This document shows, in pieces, positions 10,083-18,988 of a stretch of DNA of 64,000 nucleotides (its first letter is position 1; every line of letters begins with the position of its first letter). Below the pieces are notes generated by a model. It worked only from the letters and a program-made list of their open reading frames with translations, was not told the origin of the DNA and did not search any database. The stretch comes from an uncultured Clostridia bacterium (GTDB taxonomy: Bacteria; Bacillota; Clostridia; Christensenellales; UBA1242). The stretch spans positions 3,861-67,860 of the forward strand of contig CAOJSF010000007.1 of assembly GCA_948442695.1 (NCBI GenBank), written 5' to 3'. The position numbers and the translations under genes are program-made.

Positions 10083-10889
10083 ATGTTAGGGGCGATAATA
10101 GGTGATTTAGCAGGTTCAGTTTATGAGTTTAATCAGATAAACAAGGCTTGTCCTATAAAAATTGATAGAATTATTGAAGAGAAAGCCTTTTTTAGTGATG
10201 ATACTATTTTGACAGTTGCTATCGCTGATGCAATTATGTCTGGCGAGAGTTATGAGAAAAAATTGAAAGAGTATGGGCTTAAATATGTTGATTATATTCC
10301 AAAAGATGTCCCATATTTTGAAAAGATGTTTTCTCCAGGATTTTGCAAGTGGCTCAATAGTGAGGTTGGAGTGCAAGGACAAAGTCAGGGTAATGGTGCG
10401 ATGATGAGAATTTCGCCGGTGGGAGAGTTTTTTGAATCTGAAGAAGAGGTGCTGAAAAACGCAAAACTTGCAACAATTCCATCACATAACAGTGAAATTG
10501 CGATAAAATGTGCAAGTACCATTGCTTTGATAATCTTTTATGCTAGAAAGGGAAAAAGTAAAGAAGAGATTATAAAAAAGTTGAATTTGAAAATTAAGAA
10601 ACCAAAAATTGATAAGTTCAACTATTTTTGTGAAGATACTATTGATGTATGTTTATATTCGGTTTTTAAAGCAAATAGTTTTGAAGAAAGCATGAAAATT
10701 GCACTATCATTTGGCGGAGATACTGATACAAATGCCTGCATTGTCGGAGGCATGGCTGAGGCTTTTTATGGTTTGCCTGCGAGTTTAAAAAAGGAGGCAT
10801 TGAATAGATTGCCTGATGAATTTGTTGAGATAATTGAGAAATTTGAAGCAAAAACAAATGAAAATATTGACAATTCAATCATAAAGTAA
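10083..10889 (+). CDS. ADP-ribosylglycohydrolase family protein (ARH/DraG-like)
   Basis: 268 aa. N-terminal MLGAIIGDLAGSVYEF, SDDTILTVA, and C-terminal GGDTDTNACIVGGMAEAFYG match conserved ARH-fold motifs. SD AAGGGGG upstream. Confidence 0.8.
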   Translation: MLGAIIGDLAGSVYEFNQINKACPIKIDRIIEEKAFFSDDTILTVAIADAIMSGESYEKKLKEYGLKYVDYIPKDVPYFEKMFSPGFCKWLNSEVGVQGQSQGNGAMMRISPVGEFFESEEEVLKNAKLATIPSHNSEIAIKCASTIALIIFYARKGKSKEEIIKKLNLKIKKPKIDKFNYFCEDTIDVCLYSVFKANSFEESMKIALSFGGDTDTNACIVGGMAEAFYGLPASLKKEALNRLPDEFVEIIEKFEAKTNENIDNSIIK

Positions 10890-11147
10890 ATATTGAAGAG
10901 AACAACATCTTGCATACTTTTATTGAGGATAGTATAATCAAATTCAAAACACCATCAAAGTATTGATAGTTTGGGTGAAGAATTGAGAGTTGTTGCAAAA
11001 AAGTGATGATGGTGTGATTGAGTAAGTGATTGATGATTCTCAAAAAAATGTTTGGTGCTGAGTGGAATTCAGAAGAAATGGAAGATGATAAAATATTTGA
11101 GACTTTTAAAACAATGTTGTAAAATAAATAAAAAAGGAGAAAACAAA

Positions 11148-11705
11148 ATGAAAAAAGAAAATAAATTGACTCGAAAAAGTCCATTTAGGAAAAGGACAAT
11201 TGTAGCAAAAACACTCGATAGATATAGAGATGTCTTGCTTGCCGACAATATTTTAAATTATGAGTTTGTTGGTTTTTATCAAAGAGAATTTTTTATTTTT
11301 GATAATTTTTCTTCGTTTGCAATTGAATATAAAGGAGTGGTATATCCAACAATAGAACACGCATATCAATCATTGAAATTTGTTGACACGGCTCCTGAGA
11401 TTGCAAAAGAAATTGCCGAGTGTCATTCGGCTGTTGATGCAAAAAGGATTGCTCGAAGAAATGTTGATAAACAAACTAAGGACTGGTTGAATATCAACAT
11501 CAGTATAATGGAAACACTTTTAAGAGCAAAAATTGATCAGCATCCATATGTGAAACAAAAACTTTTAGAAACTAAGGATTTGATAATTTGTGAAGATTCG
11601 CCATATGATAGTTTTTGGGGAATAGGAAAAGACAGGAACGGAGAAAACTGGTTAGGCAAACTTTGGATGAAATTAAGAGATGAAATAAAAGAGTCTTTGG
11701 AATAG
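11148..11705 (+). CDS. NADAR (YbiA/DUF1768) family protein
   Basis: Start moved to the ATG at 11148 behind the AAAAGGAGAA SD. FDNFSSFAIEYKGVVYPTIEHAYQSLKF and DSFWGIG match the NADAR domain signature. Confidence 0.8.
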   Translation: MKKENKLTRKSPFRKRTIVAKTLDRYRDVLLADNILNYEFVGFYQREFFIFDNFSSFAIEYKGVVYPTIEHAYQSLKFVDTAPEIAKEIAECHSAVDAKRIARRNVDKQTKDWLNINISIMETLLRAKIDQHPYVKQKLLETKDLIICEDSPYDSFWGIGKDRNGENWLGKLWMKLRDEIKESLE

Positions 11706-11720
11706 GAAAACAAACAATAA

Positions 11721-11752
11721 AAAAATGTGCTTGAATTCAAGCACATTTTTAT
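11721..11752. terminator. Bidirectional intrinsic terminator
   Basis: Perfect 22-bp palindrome ATGTGCTTGAA/TTCAAGCACAT (11725-11746), flanked by an A-run and a T-run, between convergent genes. Confidence 0.8.
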
Positions 11753-11879
11753 TTAAATAATAGTAAAACGAATCTATTTAACGATGTATGTAAAAAATTT
11801 ATAAATCGTGATTTTTTTAACAATTTAATAAAAATTGTTGAAAATTTGCATTTTTTTGCATATTTTATGTCGTTTTTTA

Positions 11880-12425
11880 TTAATTATCAATATATCTCAT
11901 TGTTTTTTTAAGAATTTGATTGTGTAATTTGTCAATATTTTTATTTGTTTTTATTACAATTACTGGAGCGTTTGAAGAGTCAATAACCATTTTTTGGGAT
12001 GCCTTACTTCGTATGTCTTTACCTAGTTTGTTGTAATTTTTGGCAAGATTTAAAAAGAATATAAAATTTTCTTTTACCTTTCCTTCCTGTTTTAAACTAA
12101 ATCTTCCTTTTTCTTCATCTCTTTGAAGAATTCTTTTGATTCTGACTTTTGTAGGGCATTTTAGATATAAAATAAGGTCAATATATTTAAAGGTGTCAGG
12201 ATTTGAATGGAGAGAGCCAGTGATTATTAAATTTTTTGCTCCATTTATTTTTGCTAGAAGAAGTCTGTTGCTTTCCTCGATAGGGCGCATGACTTGAAAC
12301 TCTGGAATTGTTTGTTTCCACTTATAAAAATCACTTTCTATGATGTCAAAGCCCAGTTTCTTACTTAAATATTCGCCGATTGTCGATGTGCCACTTCCGC
12401 TTGCACCCATGATATGAATAATCAT
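11880..12425 (-). CDS. P-loop NTPase / nucleoside(-tide) kinase-like protein
   Basis: 181 aa. Walker A IMGASGSGTSTIG at the N-terminus; size and layout resemble adenylate/shikimate-kinase-type small kinases. Substrate unknown. Last gene of the NAD salvage operon. Confidence 0.6.
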   Translation of the reverse strand: MIIHIMGASGSGTSTIGEYLSKKLGFDIIESDFYKWKQTIPEFQVMRPIEESNRLLLAKINGAKNLIITGSLHSNPDTFKYIDLILYLKCPTKVRIKRILQRDEEKGRFSLKQEGKVKENFIFFLNLAKNYNKLGKDIRSKASQKMVIDSSNAPVIVIKTNKNIDKLHNQILKKTMRYIDN

Positions 12426-12559
12426 TTTTCAATCCTTTTTTTGATAAAATTATTGATTTTTTTAATATTTTAATAAATTATAATAATAAATCTGATTTTT
12501 TCATTGCTTATAATTTTTTTCAGCAAAGAAAATTATGTTTTTATTATATAATATATTAA

Positions 12560-14053
12560 TTAATTTTTAAAATGATTTTCTTCAACTGCAAATGGATTTT
12601 CTATTGTTTCTTTTATATTTGCTTTGTGATGCTCGGCAAGAAGGCGCTCTTTAAGTTCGGCGAGGCGAGGACTAAGGCTGATTGAGATTGTTTGAGCATT
12701 TGTCAGTCTTAAGTTTTCTTCTTTTAATGTTTCAATCTGCTTTGCCACAAATTCTCTTTTTTCTTCTGGAGTTTTAAAGTCATAGATTATCTTTCCGTTT
12801 TCCATCATTTTCTTTTTGATTTTGACTGGAGTGTAATCGGTCACTGTTGTATATTTCCAGGTTGAGTTTGGGTCTTTGATATTTATAGGACCTTTTGGTA
12901 TTTTCTCGCCATAGAGTTTTACAACATCGGTCAAAATTTTTCCATCTTTATCATAAAGTCTGATAATATCTTTAAATCCAGGATTTGTCACTTTTTCAAT
13001 ATTGTCAGAAATTTTAATTTTTGGCACCAACGCTCCTTTTTCATTTTCAAGAGCGGTGAGTTTGTATACTCCACCAAAAACAGGTTCAGATTTTGCTGTG
13101 ATAAGGTTTTCGCCTACGCCGAAAGTATCGATAGGGGCACCTTGTTTGAGAAGTTCTGAAATGAGATATTCATCAAGAGAATTTGATACGCAAATTTTTG
13201 TGTCATACATTCCAGCCTCGTCAAACATTTTTCTTGCTTGTTTTGATAGGTATGCAAGGTCTCCGCTATCAATTCTGATTCCAGCAAGTTTTTTGCCCAT
13301 AGGCTCTAAAATTTCTTTTGCAACTTTGATTGCATTTGGCACTCCGCTTCCTAAAGTGTCATAGGTGTCAACAAGGAAGGTTGCCTTGTCTGGGAATGAA
13401 AGGGCATATGCTTTAAATGCTTCATACTCATTGTCAAAACTTTGAATAAAACTATGAGCCATTGTTCCTAAAACTGGGACACCAAATTGCATACCTGTCA
13501 TTGTGCAGGCAGTCCCGACAGCACCTCCGATATAAGCGTCAAGGGCTCCTTCATTTGCAGAAGACTCACCATGAGCACGACGGGTGCCAAATTCCATAAC
13601 TGCTCGACCTTGAGCCGACCTTACAATTCTGTTTGCCTTGCTTGTGACAAGTGAAGAACGATTGAGGATTGTCAAGAGTTTTGTCTCGACTATCTGTGCT
13701 TCGATGATAGGGGCTACGATAGTCAAAATAGGTTCATTTGGAAAAGTGACAGAGCCGTCTTGAACAGCATAGACATCTCCAGTGAATTTGATTGTTGAAA
13801 GATAGTCAAGATAGTCTTCAGTGAAAAGATTAAGACTTCTTAAATATTCAATTTCATCCTTTTCAAATTTAAAATCTCTTAAAAATTCGACTGCTGATTG
13901 CACATTTCCTGCAAGAGCGAAAGATGCTTTATCAGGACATCTTCTATAAAATAGGTCAAAGCAAGCCTTTTTGTTTTCCATACCTTGATTAAAGTATGCC
14001 TGACCCATTGTAAGTTCATAGAAATCAATTAACATATTATTTTTGTTGTTCAT
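12560..14053 (-). CDS. pncB: Nicotinate phosphoribosyltransferase
   Basis: 497 aa. N-terminal LIDFYELTMGQAYF, GTRRAHG, GTMAHSFIQ and IRIDSGDLAYLS are typical of the NAPRTase family. Confidence 0.9.
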   Translation of the reverse strand: MNNKNNMLIDFYELTMGQAYFNQGMENKKACFDLFYRRCPDKASFALAGNVQSAVEFLRDFKFEKDEIEYLRSLNLFTEDYLDYLSTIKFTGDVYAVQDGSVTFPNEPILTIVAPIIEAQIVETKLLTILNRSSLVTSKANRIVRSAQGRAVMEFGTRRAHGESSANEGALDAYIGGAVGTACTMTGMQFGVPVLGTMAHSFIQSFDNEYEAFKAYALSFPDKATFLVDTYDTLGSGVPNAIKVAKEILEPMGKKLAGIRIDSGDLAYLSKQARKMFDEAGMYDTKICVSNSLDEYLISELLKQGAPIDTFGVGENLITAKSEPVFGGVYKLTALENEKGALVPKIKISDNIEKVTNPGFKDIIRLYDKDGKILTDVVKLYGEKIPKGPINIKDPNSTWKYTTVTDYTPVKIKKKMMENGKIIYDFKTPEEKREFVAKQIETLKEENLRLTNAQTISISLSPRLAELKERLLAEHHKANIKETIENPFAVEENHFKN

Positions 14054-14176
14054 AATTTTCTCCTTTTTAATTTTTGTATTTCACAAAATGTAAATATTAG
14101 ATTTTGATTGATTTTATTTATTTGTTCTTCTAAAATCAAATTTTCTTTGCTTTCTTATTAAATTTCTTGATTTTTT

Positions 14177-14701
14177 TTAATTTAAAATATTTTGATTCAT
14201 TCTTTCTAATTCTTCTTTAATTTCTTTGTATCCTTCTGGAATTACATATTTGAGATAATCTGGATTTGTCCTTATATCTGTGCCGTGAACTGCGATTATG
14301 TCACGATCAATAGCGACAAATTCACATTCGGGAAAGTATTTTTCGTTGAGATTGCGATAAGTTTCATCTGCATATTTTGCGTCTATTTTTTCTTTTACAA
14401 CATCTCTAAATCTTTTTGACCATTCTTCAAGTCCCTCGGGAAAACTTTTTAAGCCACTTTCATCAAGATATACAAACTTGATATTTTTGTTGTTTTCATA
14501 ATGTTTTTCCAGCCATTTTAACCGTTGCTGGGGAGTAAAGTATGGGAAAGAGGTCTTTTCACATTTTTCTCTCAGTTTTTGTGGGTCTTCAGAAAGGACA
14601 ATGATTGCTTTGTCACATTCCTGAAGGACTTTATCTATTACGCTGAGGTGACCTATATGTGGTGGCAGGAATTTTCCTACAAAACATCCTGTTTTTTTCA
14701 T
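14177..14701 (-). CDS. NadR/NadM-type nicotinamide/nicotinate mononucleotide adenylyltransferase-like protein
   Basis: 174 aa. FVGKFLPPHIGHLSVI matches the GxFxPxHxGH motif of the NadR NMNAT domain (cytidylyltransferase fold). Lies between pncB and the pncA-nudix gene. Confidence 0.7.
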   Translation of the reverse strand: MKKTGCFVGKFLPPHIGHLSVIDKVLQECDKAIIVLSEDPQKLREKCEKTSFPYFTPQQRLKWLEKHYENNKNIKFVYLDESGLKSFPEGLEEWSKRFRDVVKEKIDAKYADETYRNLNEKYFPECEFVAIDRDIIAVHGTDIRTNPDYLKYVIPEGYKEIKEELERMNQNILN

Positions 14702-14819
14702 ATATCTTCCTTTTTTGTTTGATTTTGATAATTTCTAGTTTTATTTTTATTTTTTATATTTTTGTTTTAATTTGTTTTAAGATTTTTATATTTTTATTGT
14801 TTGATTTGATAAACTAGCA

Positions 14820-16010
14820 TTATTCGTTATACAAAAGATTTTCAATTTCTTTATCTTCGTATTCCTTGATTGTCTTTTCAAGTTCTTTAATTTTTTGTTT
14901 ATAAATAAAATTCCTTAAACCATATTTACTTCTTGCACAGAATTTTCCATTGTCGAGAAGTTTCTCAAGTTCATCAAGTTTGACTGGCACAACTTCAATC
15001 TTTTCATTTCTTTGAAGATTTTGTTTGCCACTGATTTTGACCTCTGCTTCATAGAGTTCTGCTGTTTCATCGGTGAGTCCCAAAGATGTATAAGCAGAAG
15101 TTTCTGCACGCTTGATATGTTTGACTTCGGCTCCGATTTCTTCGCCCAGTTCTCTGATTGCGCTTGCTTTAGCATCTTCGCCTTCATCAACAAGACCGGC
15201 AGGAATTCCATATGCATAATCACCGATAGCACGCTTAAATTCTTTGATAAGATATACAACCATTGCGCCATTAACATAGGCATAAGGTATCATGTGGACG
15301 GCATCTGGCTTGAGAGAAGGCTCGATAATTTCAGGGAGTTTGCGTCTTGTCACAAATTCATAGTGAAATTGTCCTTGCTCATTTTCATAAGTCACTTCAA
15401 ACATATTTAAAAATTTTCTGTCGGTAAGTTTTTTTACGCTGATAGGCTTAAGTGCCTTATTGTAAACTACATTGACCCCGATTTCTTTAAGTTCTTCCAA
15501 AGTTTTTGCATTTATTTCGTCTGCGTTATGGTTTGGTGCGTCAAATGTGTCAACGCAATTTTCTGAAATCGAAATTTTAGTGTCAATTCCATTTTCAACA
15601 AAATATCTTGTCAAACTTTGTGTAAGAGCACTTACGCAAATATCAGTGCAACATCCAGTGATTTCTATATTTTCAAATTGATAATTTTTCATGATTCTTT
15701 GCATTTCTTTTGTTTTGAAACCATTTGTTGTGTTTTTGTTTATTACAATCATGTCCTTTTCATAAATTTTAAGTTCGTCAACCAGTTCACACTCTTTGCT
15801 TCCTTCAATGCAGTGGGGTGGGAATAATTTGAATTCCTCATCATTTTCCTTATGTGTATCTTTAAATGCGATAATTAAATCTCCATTCTCTTTTGCCTTC
15901 TCAATCTTTTTTGCAATCGGTGGAACAATAGAGTTTATTCTTTTGTCAGCAAGTGCGCCTTTGTTTATAAATCCATTTACCATATCAACAACTATCAATA
16001 AATTTTTCAT
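14820..16010 (-). CDS. Fusion protein: isochorismatase-family nicotinamidase (PncA-like) + Nudix hydrolase (ADP-ribose pyrophosphatase-like)
   Basis: 396 aa. N-terminal half: LLIVVDMVNGF ... ITGCCTDICV (cysteine hydrolase D/K/C fold). C-terminal half: perfect Nudix box GLVDEGEDAKASAIRELGEEIGA. SD AGGAGG. Confidence 0.8.
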   Translation of the reverse strand: MKNLLIVVDMVNGFINKGALADKRINSIVPPIAKKIEKAKENGDLIIAFKDTHKENDEEFKLFPPHCIEGSKECELVDELKIYEKDMIVINKNTTNGFKTKEMQRIMKNYQFENIEITGCCTDICVSALTQSLTRYFVENGIDTKISISENCVDTFDAPNHNADEINAKTLEELKEIGVNVVYNKALKPISVKKLTDRKFLNMFEVTYENEQGQFHYEFVTRRKLPEIIEPSLKPDAVHMIPYAYVNGAMVVYLIKEFKRAIGDYAYGIPAGLVDEGEDAKASAIRELGEEIGAEVKHIKRAETSAYTSLGLTDETAELYEAEVKISGKQNLQRNEKIEVVPVKLDELEKLLDNGKFCARSKYGLRNFIYKQKIKELEKTIKEYEDKEIENLLYNE

Positions 16011-16037
16011 TTTATCCTCCTAAAAATAATGTATGTT

Positions 16038-16062
16038 TGATATCATCACTTTGATAATATCA
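16038..16062. promoter_or_regulatory. Candidate NrtR operator 1 (palindrome overlapping the -10 of the leftward promoter)
   Basis: TGATATCATCACTTTGATAATATCA. Its reverse complement matches site 2 at 21 of 23 positions. Half-sites TATTATCA / TGATGATA. Confidence 0.55.
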
Positions 16063-16082
16063 TAATAAAAATAATTTGTCAA
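16054..16082 (-). promoter_or_regulatory. Sigma-A promoter of the pncA-nudix/NMNAT/pncB/kinase operon
   Basis: On the minus strand: TTGACA (16082-16077), 17-nt spacer, TATTAT (16059-16054). The -10 lies inside operator 1. Confidence 0.6.
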
Positions 16083-16100
16083 CTATTTTTTTAAAATTTA

Positions 16101-16129
16101 TTGACAAAATATTATCAATGTGATAATAT
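16101..16129 (+). promoter_or_regulatory. Sigma-A promoter of nadE
   Basis: TTGACA (16101-16106), 17-nt spacer, TAATAT (16124-16129). The -10 lies inside operator 2. Confidence 0.6.
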
Positions 16130-16131
16130 CA
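16109..16131. promoter_or_regulatory. Candidate NrtR operator 2 (perfect 8+3+8 palindrome)
   Basis: ATATTATCAATGTGATAATATCA contains TATTATCA-ATG-TGATAATA. Near-identical inverted copy of site 1, 47 bp away. Confidence 0.55.
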
Positions 16132-16183
16132 ATCATGAAAGGAGAGATTTTTCTTTTAAAATGAATATAAAAAGGGGTATAAT

Positions 16184-17038
16184 ATGGACAAAAGAAATAT
16201 AGTAAAAAATAATATAATAAATAATAAAGAAGGAATTAATAATATGAAAGAGATGAAAAATAAAAAGAAGATAGACATTGAAGAAATTGAAAATATCAAA
16301 GCATGGATTTCTAATTATATAAAAAGTGCCCATTCAAATGGGGTCATCTTAGGAATGAGTGGGGGCAAGGATAGTTTAATCACAGCAAAATTGTGTGTTG
16401 ACGCTTTAGGCAGTGACAAGGTGCTGGGTGTAATTATGCCAAATGGAGAGATGAAAGATTGTCAGGTGGCGATTGATACTTGTAAATTATTAGGTATAAG
16501 ATATTATAATATAGATATAAACAATCTTTATTCTGCTATGATTGACAACATTATGCCTATATTAAAAAAGGAAGACAAACCTCTTTCTACTGTCACAACA
16601 TTCAATATTCCACCACGCTTTAGAATGGTAACTCTTTATTCCATCGCTGGAAGTATGGGCTATCTTGTAGCAAACACATCAAATCTTTCGGAAAGTATGG
16701 TCGGCTATACAACCAAATGGGGTGACAATGTGGGTGATTTTGCTGTGCTTGCAAACTATACAAAAGAGGAAGTTTGCCAAATAGGTCTTTTGCTGGGGCT
16801 TCCTGAAAATCTTGTAAACAAAGTCCCTGATGATGGCTTGACTGGAAAAACTGATGAAGATAAACTAGGTTTTAGTTATCAAGAACTTGACAATTTTATC
16901 AGGAATGGCAAAAAGGGTGAAAAATACGATATCATTTCAAAAATGCACGCATTATCTGAACATAAAAGGGTGGGAGTTGCAAAATATCCATATAATGATA
17001 AGAATTATTTTTATCAAGATGATGAAATTGAATTGTAA
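16184..17038 (+). CDS. nadE: Ammonia-dependent NAD+ synthetase
   Basis: 284 aa. PP-loop GVILGMSGGKDSLITAKL (SGGxDS), plus GYTTKWGD and the DE(D/E)xLGxxYxxLD-like segment TDEDKLGFSYQELD. Confidence 0.9.
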   Translation: MDKRNIVKNNIINNKEGINNMKEMKNKKKIDIEEIENIKAWISNYIKSAHSNGVILGMSGGKDSLITAKLCVDALGSDKVLGVIMPNGEMKDCQVAIDTCKLLGIRYYNIDINNLYSAMIDNIMPILKKEDKPLSTVTTFNIPPRFRMVTLYSIAGSMGYLVANTSNLSESMVGYTTKWGDNVGDFAVLANYTKEEVCQIGLLLGLPENLVNKVPDDGLTGKTDEDKLGFSYQELDNFIRNGKKGEKYDIISKMHALSEHKRVGVAKYPYNDKNYFYQDDEIEL

Positions 17039-17178
17039 TGATTAAAGAACTTGTGATATAATAAAAGAGAAAATATTATTTATTAGATTTGACAATAAAT
17101 AAAAAATGGCTTAAATCTAATTAATATGATAATGATTTTTAAATTTAAAAAAAAGAATATTACTTTTAAGAGGTGACA

Positions 17179-18048
17179 ATGCAAATATCAAACGACGACA
17201 AAAAGTTTTTAGAATTGTATTCTGACAGCAAATATCAAAAGCCTTCGGTGACTGTTGACGCTGTAATTTTAAGAATGATTGACAAGGAAAATGATAACTA
17301 TCGAAAACTGCCTGAAAAAAAGTTGCAGGTGTTTTTGACATATAGAAAATATCCTCCTTTTGTCGACCATTATGCGGTTGTCGGCACTTTTATTGACTTA
17401 AATAATACGCTTGAACATACCTTAGATTTATGTGTGAAAAATAAAATTTCTTTAAATAATTTCTATAAAGAACAACTTTTCACTTTCGGTGATAAGCAAA
17501 GAGACCCCAGAACTCGTGTTTTGTCGGTGAGTTATTTATTGCTTACAAATGCAGAAGAAAGTTTAAGTAACGGCGAATGGTTTGATTTCGAGATTAAGCA
17601 AACAGAAAATAAAACTGAAGTTTTAAATGACGGTTATGCGGTGGAAAAAGATATAATAATTACTTTGAGAAATGGTGAAACTATATTAAACAATCATTTA
17701 AAATTGAAGATAAACTCAAGCGGTCTTAAAATGGAAAAAGTCCTTGAAATTGTTTCGTCAGATCTCGCTTTTGACCATATCAAACTTATTTATTTTGCAC
17801 TTGATAGACTTAAAAACAAACTTGAATACACTGACATCGCTTTCAATCTATTGCCTCAAAAATTTACTTTGACAGAACTCAAAAATTGTTATGAAGAGAT
17901 TTTAGGCACAAAACTTCTTGATGCAAACTTCAGAAGAAAAACATCTGACCTTGTTTGCCCGCTGAATGAGTTTACGGGAGAAAAGGGGCATAGACCATCT
18001 CAACTTTTTACACATAATCCAAACTGGGACAGAGATGCAAATTTTTAA
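17179..18048 (+). CDS. nrtR: NrtR-type transcriptional regulator (degenerate Nudix domain + C-terminal winged helix)
   Basis: The track ORF starts at GTG 17173; the in-frame ATG at 17179 sits 5 nt after AAGAGG. N-terminal Nudix-like fold without an intact Nudix box. C-terminal LLPQKFTLTELKNCYEEILGTKLLDANFRRK matches the NrtR wHTH signature. Confidence 0.75.
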   Translation: MQISNDDKKFLELYSDSKYQKPSVTVDAVILRMIDKENDNYRKLPEKKLQVFLTYRKYPPFVDHYAVVGTFIDLNNTLEHTLDLCVKNKISLNNFYKEQLFTFGDKQRDPRTRVLSVSYLLLTNAEESLSNGEWFDFEIKQTENKTEVLNDGYAVEKDIIITLRNGETILNNHLKLKINSSGLKMEKVLEIVSSDLAFDHIKLIYFALDRLKNKLEYTDIAFNLLPQKFTLTELKNCYEEILGTKLLDANFRRKTSDLVCPLNEFTGEKGHRPSQLFTHNPNWDRDANF

Positions 18049-18254
18049 GACTTATAATTCTTGATAAATTAAATCATTTTCAAAGACTTTCGTAAGTTTA
18101 TTAAAATAATCAAATCAAATAAAACGAGAAATTAAAACATCTAAAAGTTAAAATTGATTATAATTTAAAATAAAATGGGATACTCTTTTCCTTTATATGT
18201 TTTTTATGTGATTAAAGAAATCAATTACTTTCTTTCCCTCTCGTTTATAAAAAA

Positions 18255-18280
18255 CCTCCTTAAAAAAGGAGGCTTTTTTT
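18255..18280 (+). terminator. Intrinsic terminator
   Basis: CCTCCTT-aaaa-AAGGAGG followed by T7, about 200 nt downstream of the nrtR stop. Confidence 0.6.
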
Positions 18281-18540
18281 CAGCGTAAGTTTATTAAATT
18301 GTTTTTATTGTCAAAGATAAAATTTAAGTTAAGATAAATTTGCAGAAGTAATTAAAGCAATACTTTCTTTAGGGCATTTTCTTGCCCCATTTTCATAATA
18401 TGTTTTTTTATTGTCATATGTGCAAATTTAATTAATTAAAAATAAATCTTTTTGACAAAACTCAACCTTTTAAATAGATTAGTTTTATACAAGTATTTGA
18501 GTTTAAGATGCTTAGATTGATTGCTAATTGCTTTAAATTT

Positions 18541-18939
18541 TTATGCAATTAGGGTGTTTAGGTTGTTTTGAATAAGCATACAAAGTCGAGAATACTCTGG
18601 AATGTTGATTGTTTTTAAAAGATTTCCGATAAGTTCTATGCAAACTTTCAAACTTGCATTTTTACTCTTTTCTTCTATTAGTTCGAGGGGAGTTTCAAAC
18701 AAAGAATAATAAAGATTTGATATCATCAGTTCGGTTTCGTCAAGAAGATTTAGTCTTGCTTCATCTTTCTCTTGTTCTTTAAGTAGAACAATGTTTTCAT
18801 AAAGCAGTTGAATATTCTGCCTTATCTCGGGCAGTAGGGTGTTTTCCGCTTGAATGGTGGTCATGCTTTTAAATCCTCTCATGTTTGTAAGTTCATACTT
18901 TTGTGTAAGAATGTTATAACTACAAAAAAACTTGTGCAT
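18541..18939 (-). CDS. Hypothetical helical protein (132 aa)
   Basis: Good SD (AAAGGAGAA, 5 nt before the ATG). 50 nt downstream of the 116-aa membrane protein gene, so probably co-transcribed. No recognisable motif. Confidence 0.6.
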   Translation of the reverse strand: MHKFFCSYNILTQKYELTNMRGFKSMTTIQAENTLLPEIRQNIQLLYENIVLLKEQEKDEARLNLLDETELMISNLYYSLFETPLELIEEKSKNASLKVCIELIGNLLKTINIPEYSRLCMLIQNNLNTLIA

Positions 18940-18988
18940 AGATTTCTCCTTTACACAAGTTTATATGTTTAAAATTTTTGTTTGGTGA

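Noticed and set aside
10879-11184. 101-aa minus-strand ORF and the 32-codon upstream extension of the NADAR ORF in the 258-nt ARH-NADAR spacer.
   Set aside because: The minus ORF overlaps the NADAR start and has a low-complexity hydrophobic AT-rich translation. The NADAR SD (AAAAGGAGAA) sits before the ATG at 11148, not at 11052.
18176-18289. 37-codon ORF (MGYSFPLYVFYVIKEINYF...) in the 490-nt gap after nrtR.
   Set aside because: It has no SD, and its 3' end is simply the terminator hairpin read as codons. No supporting evidence.
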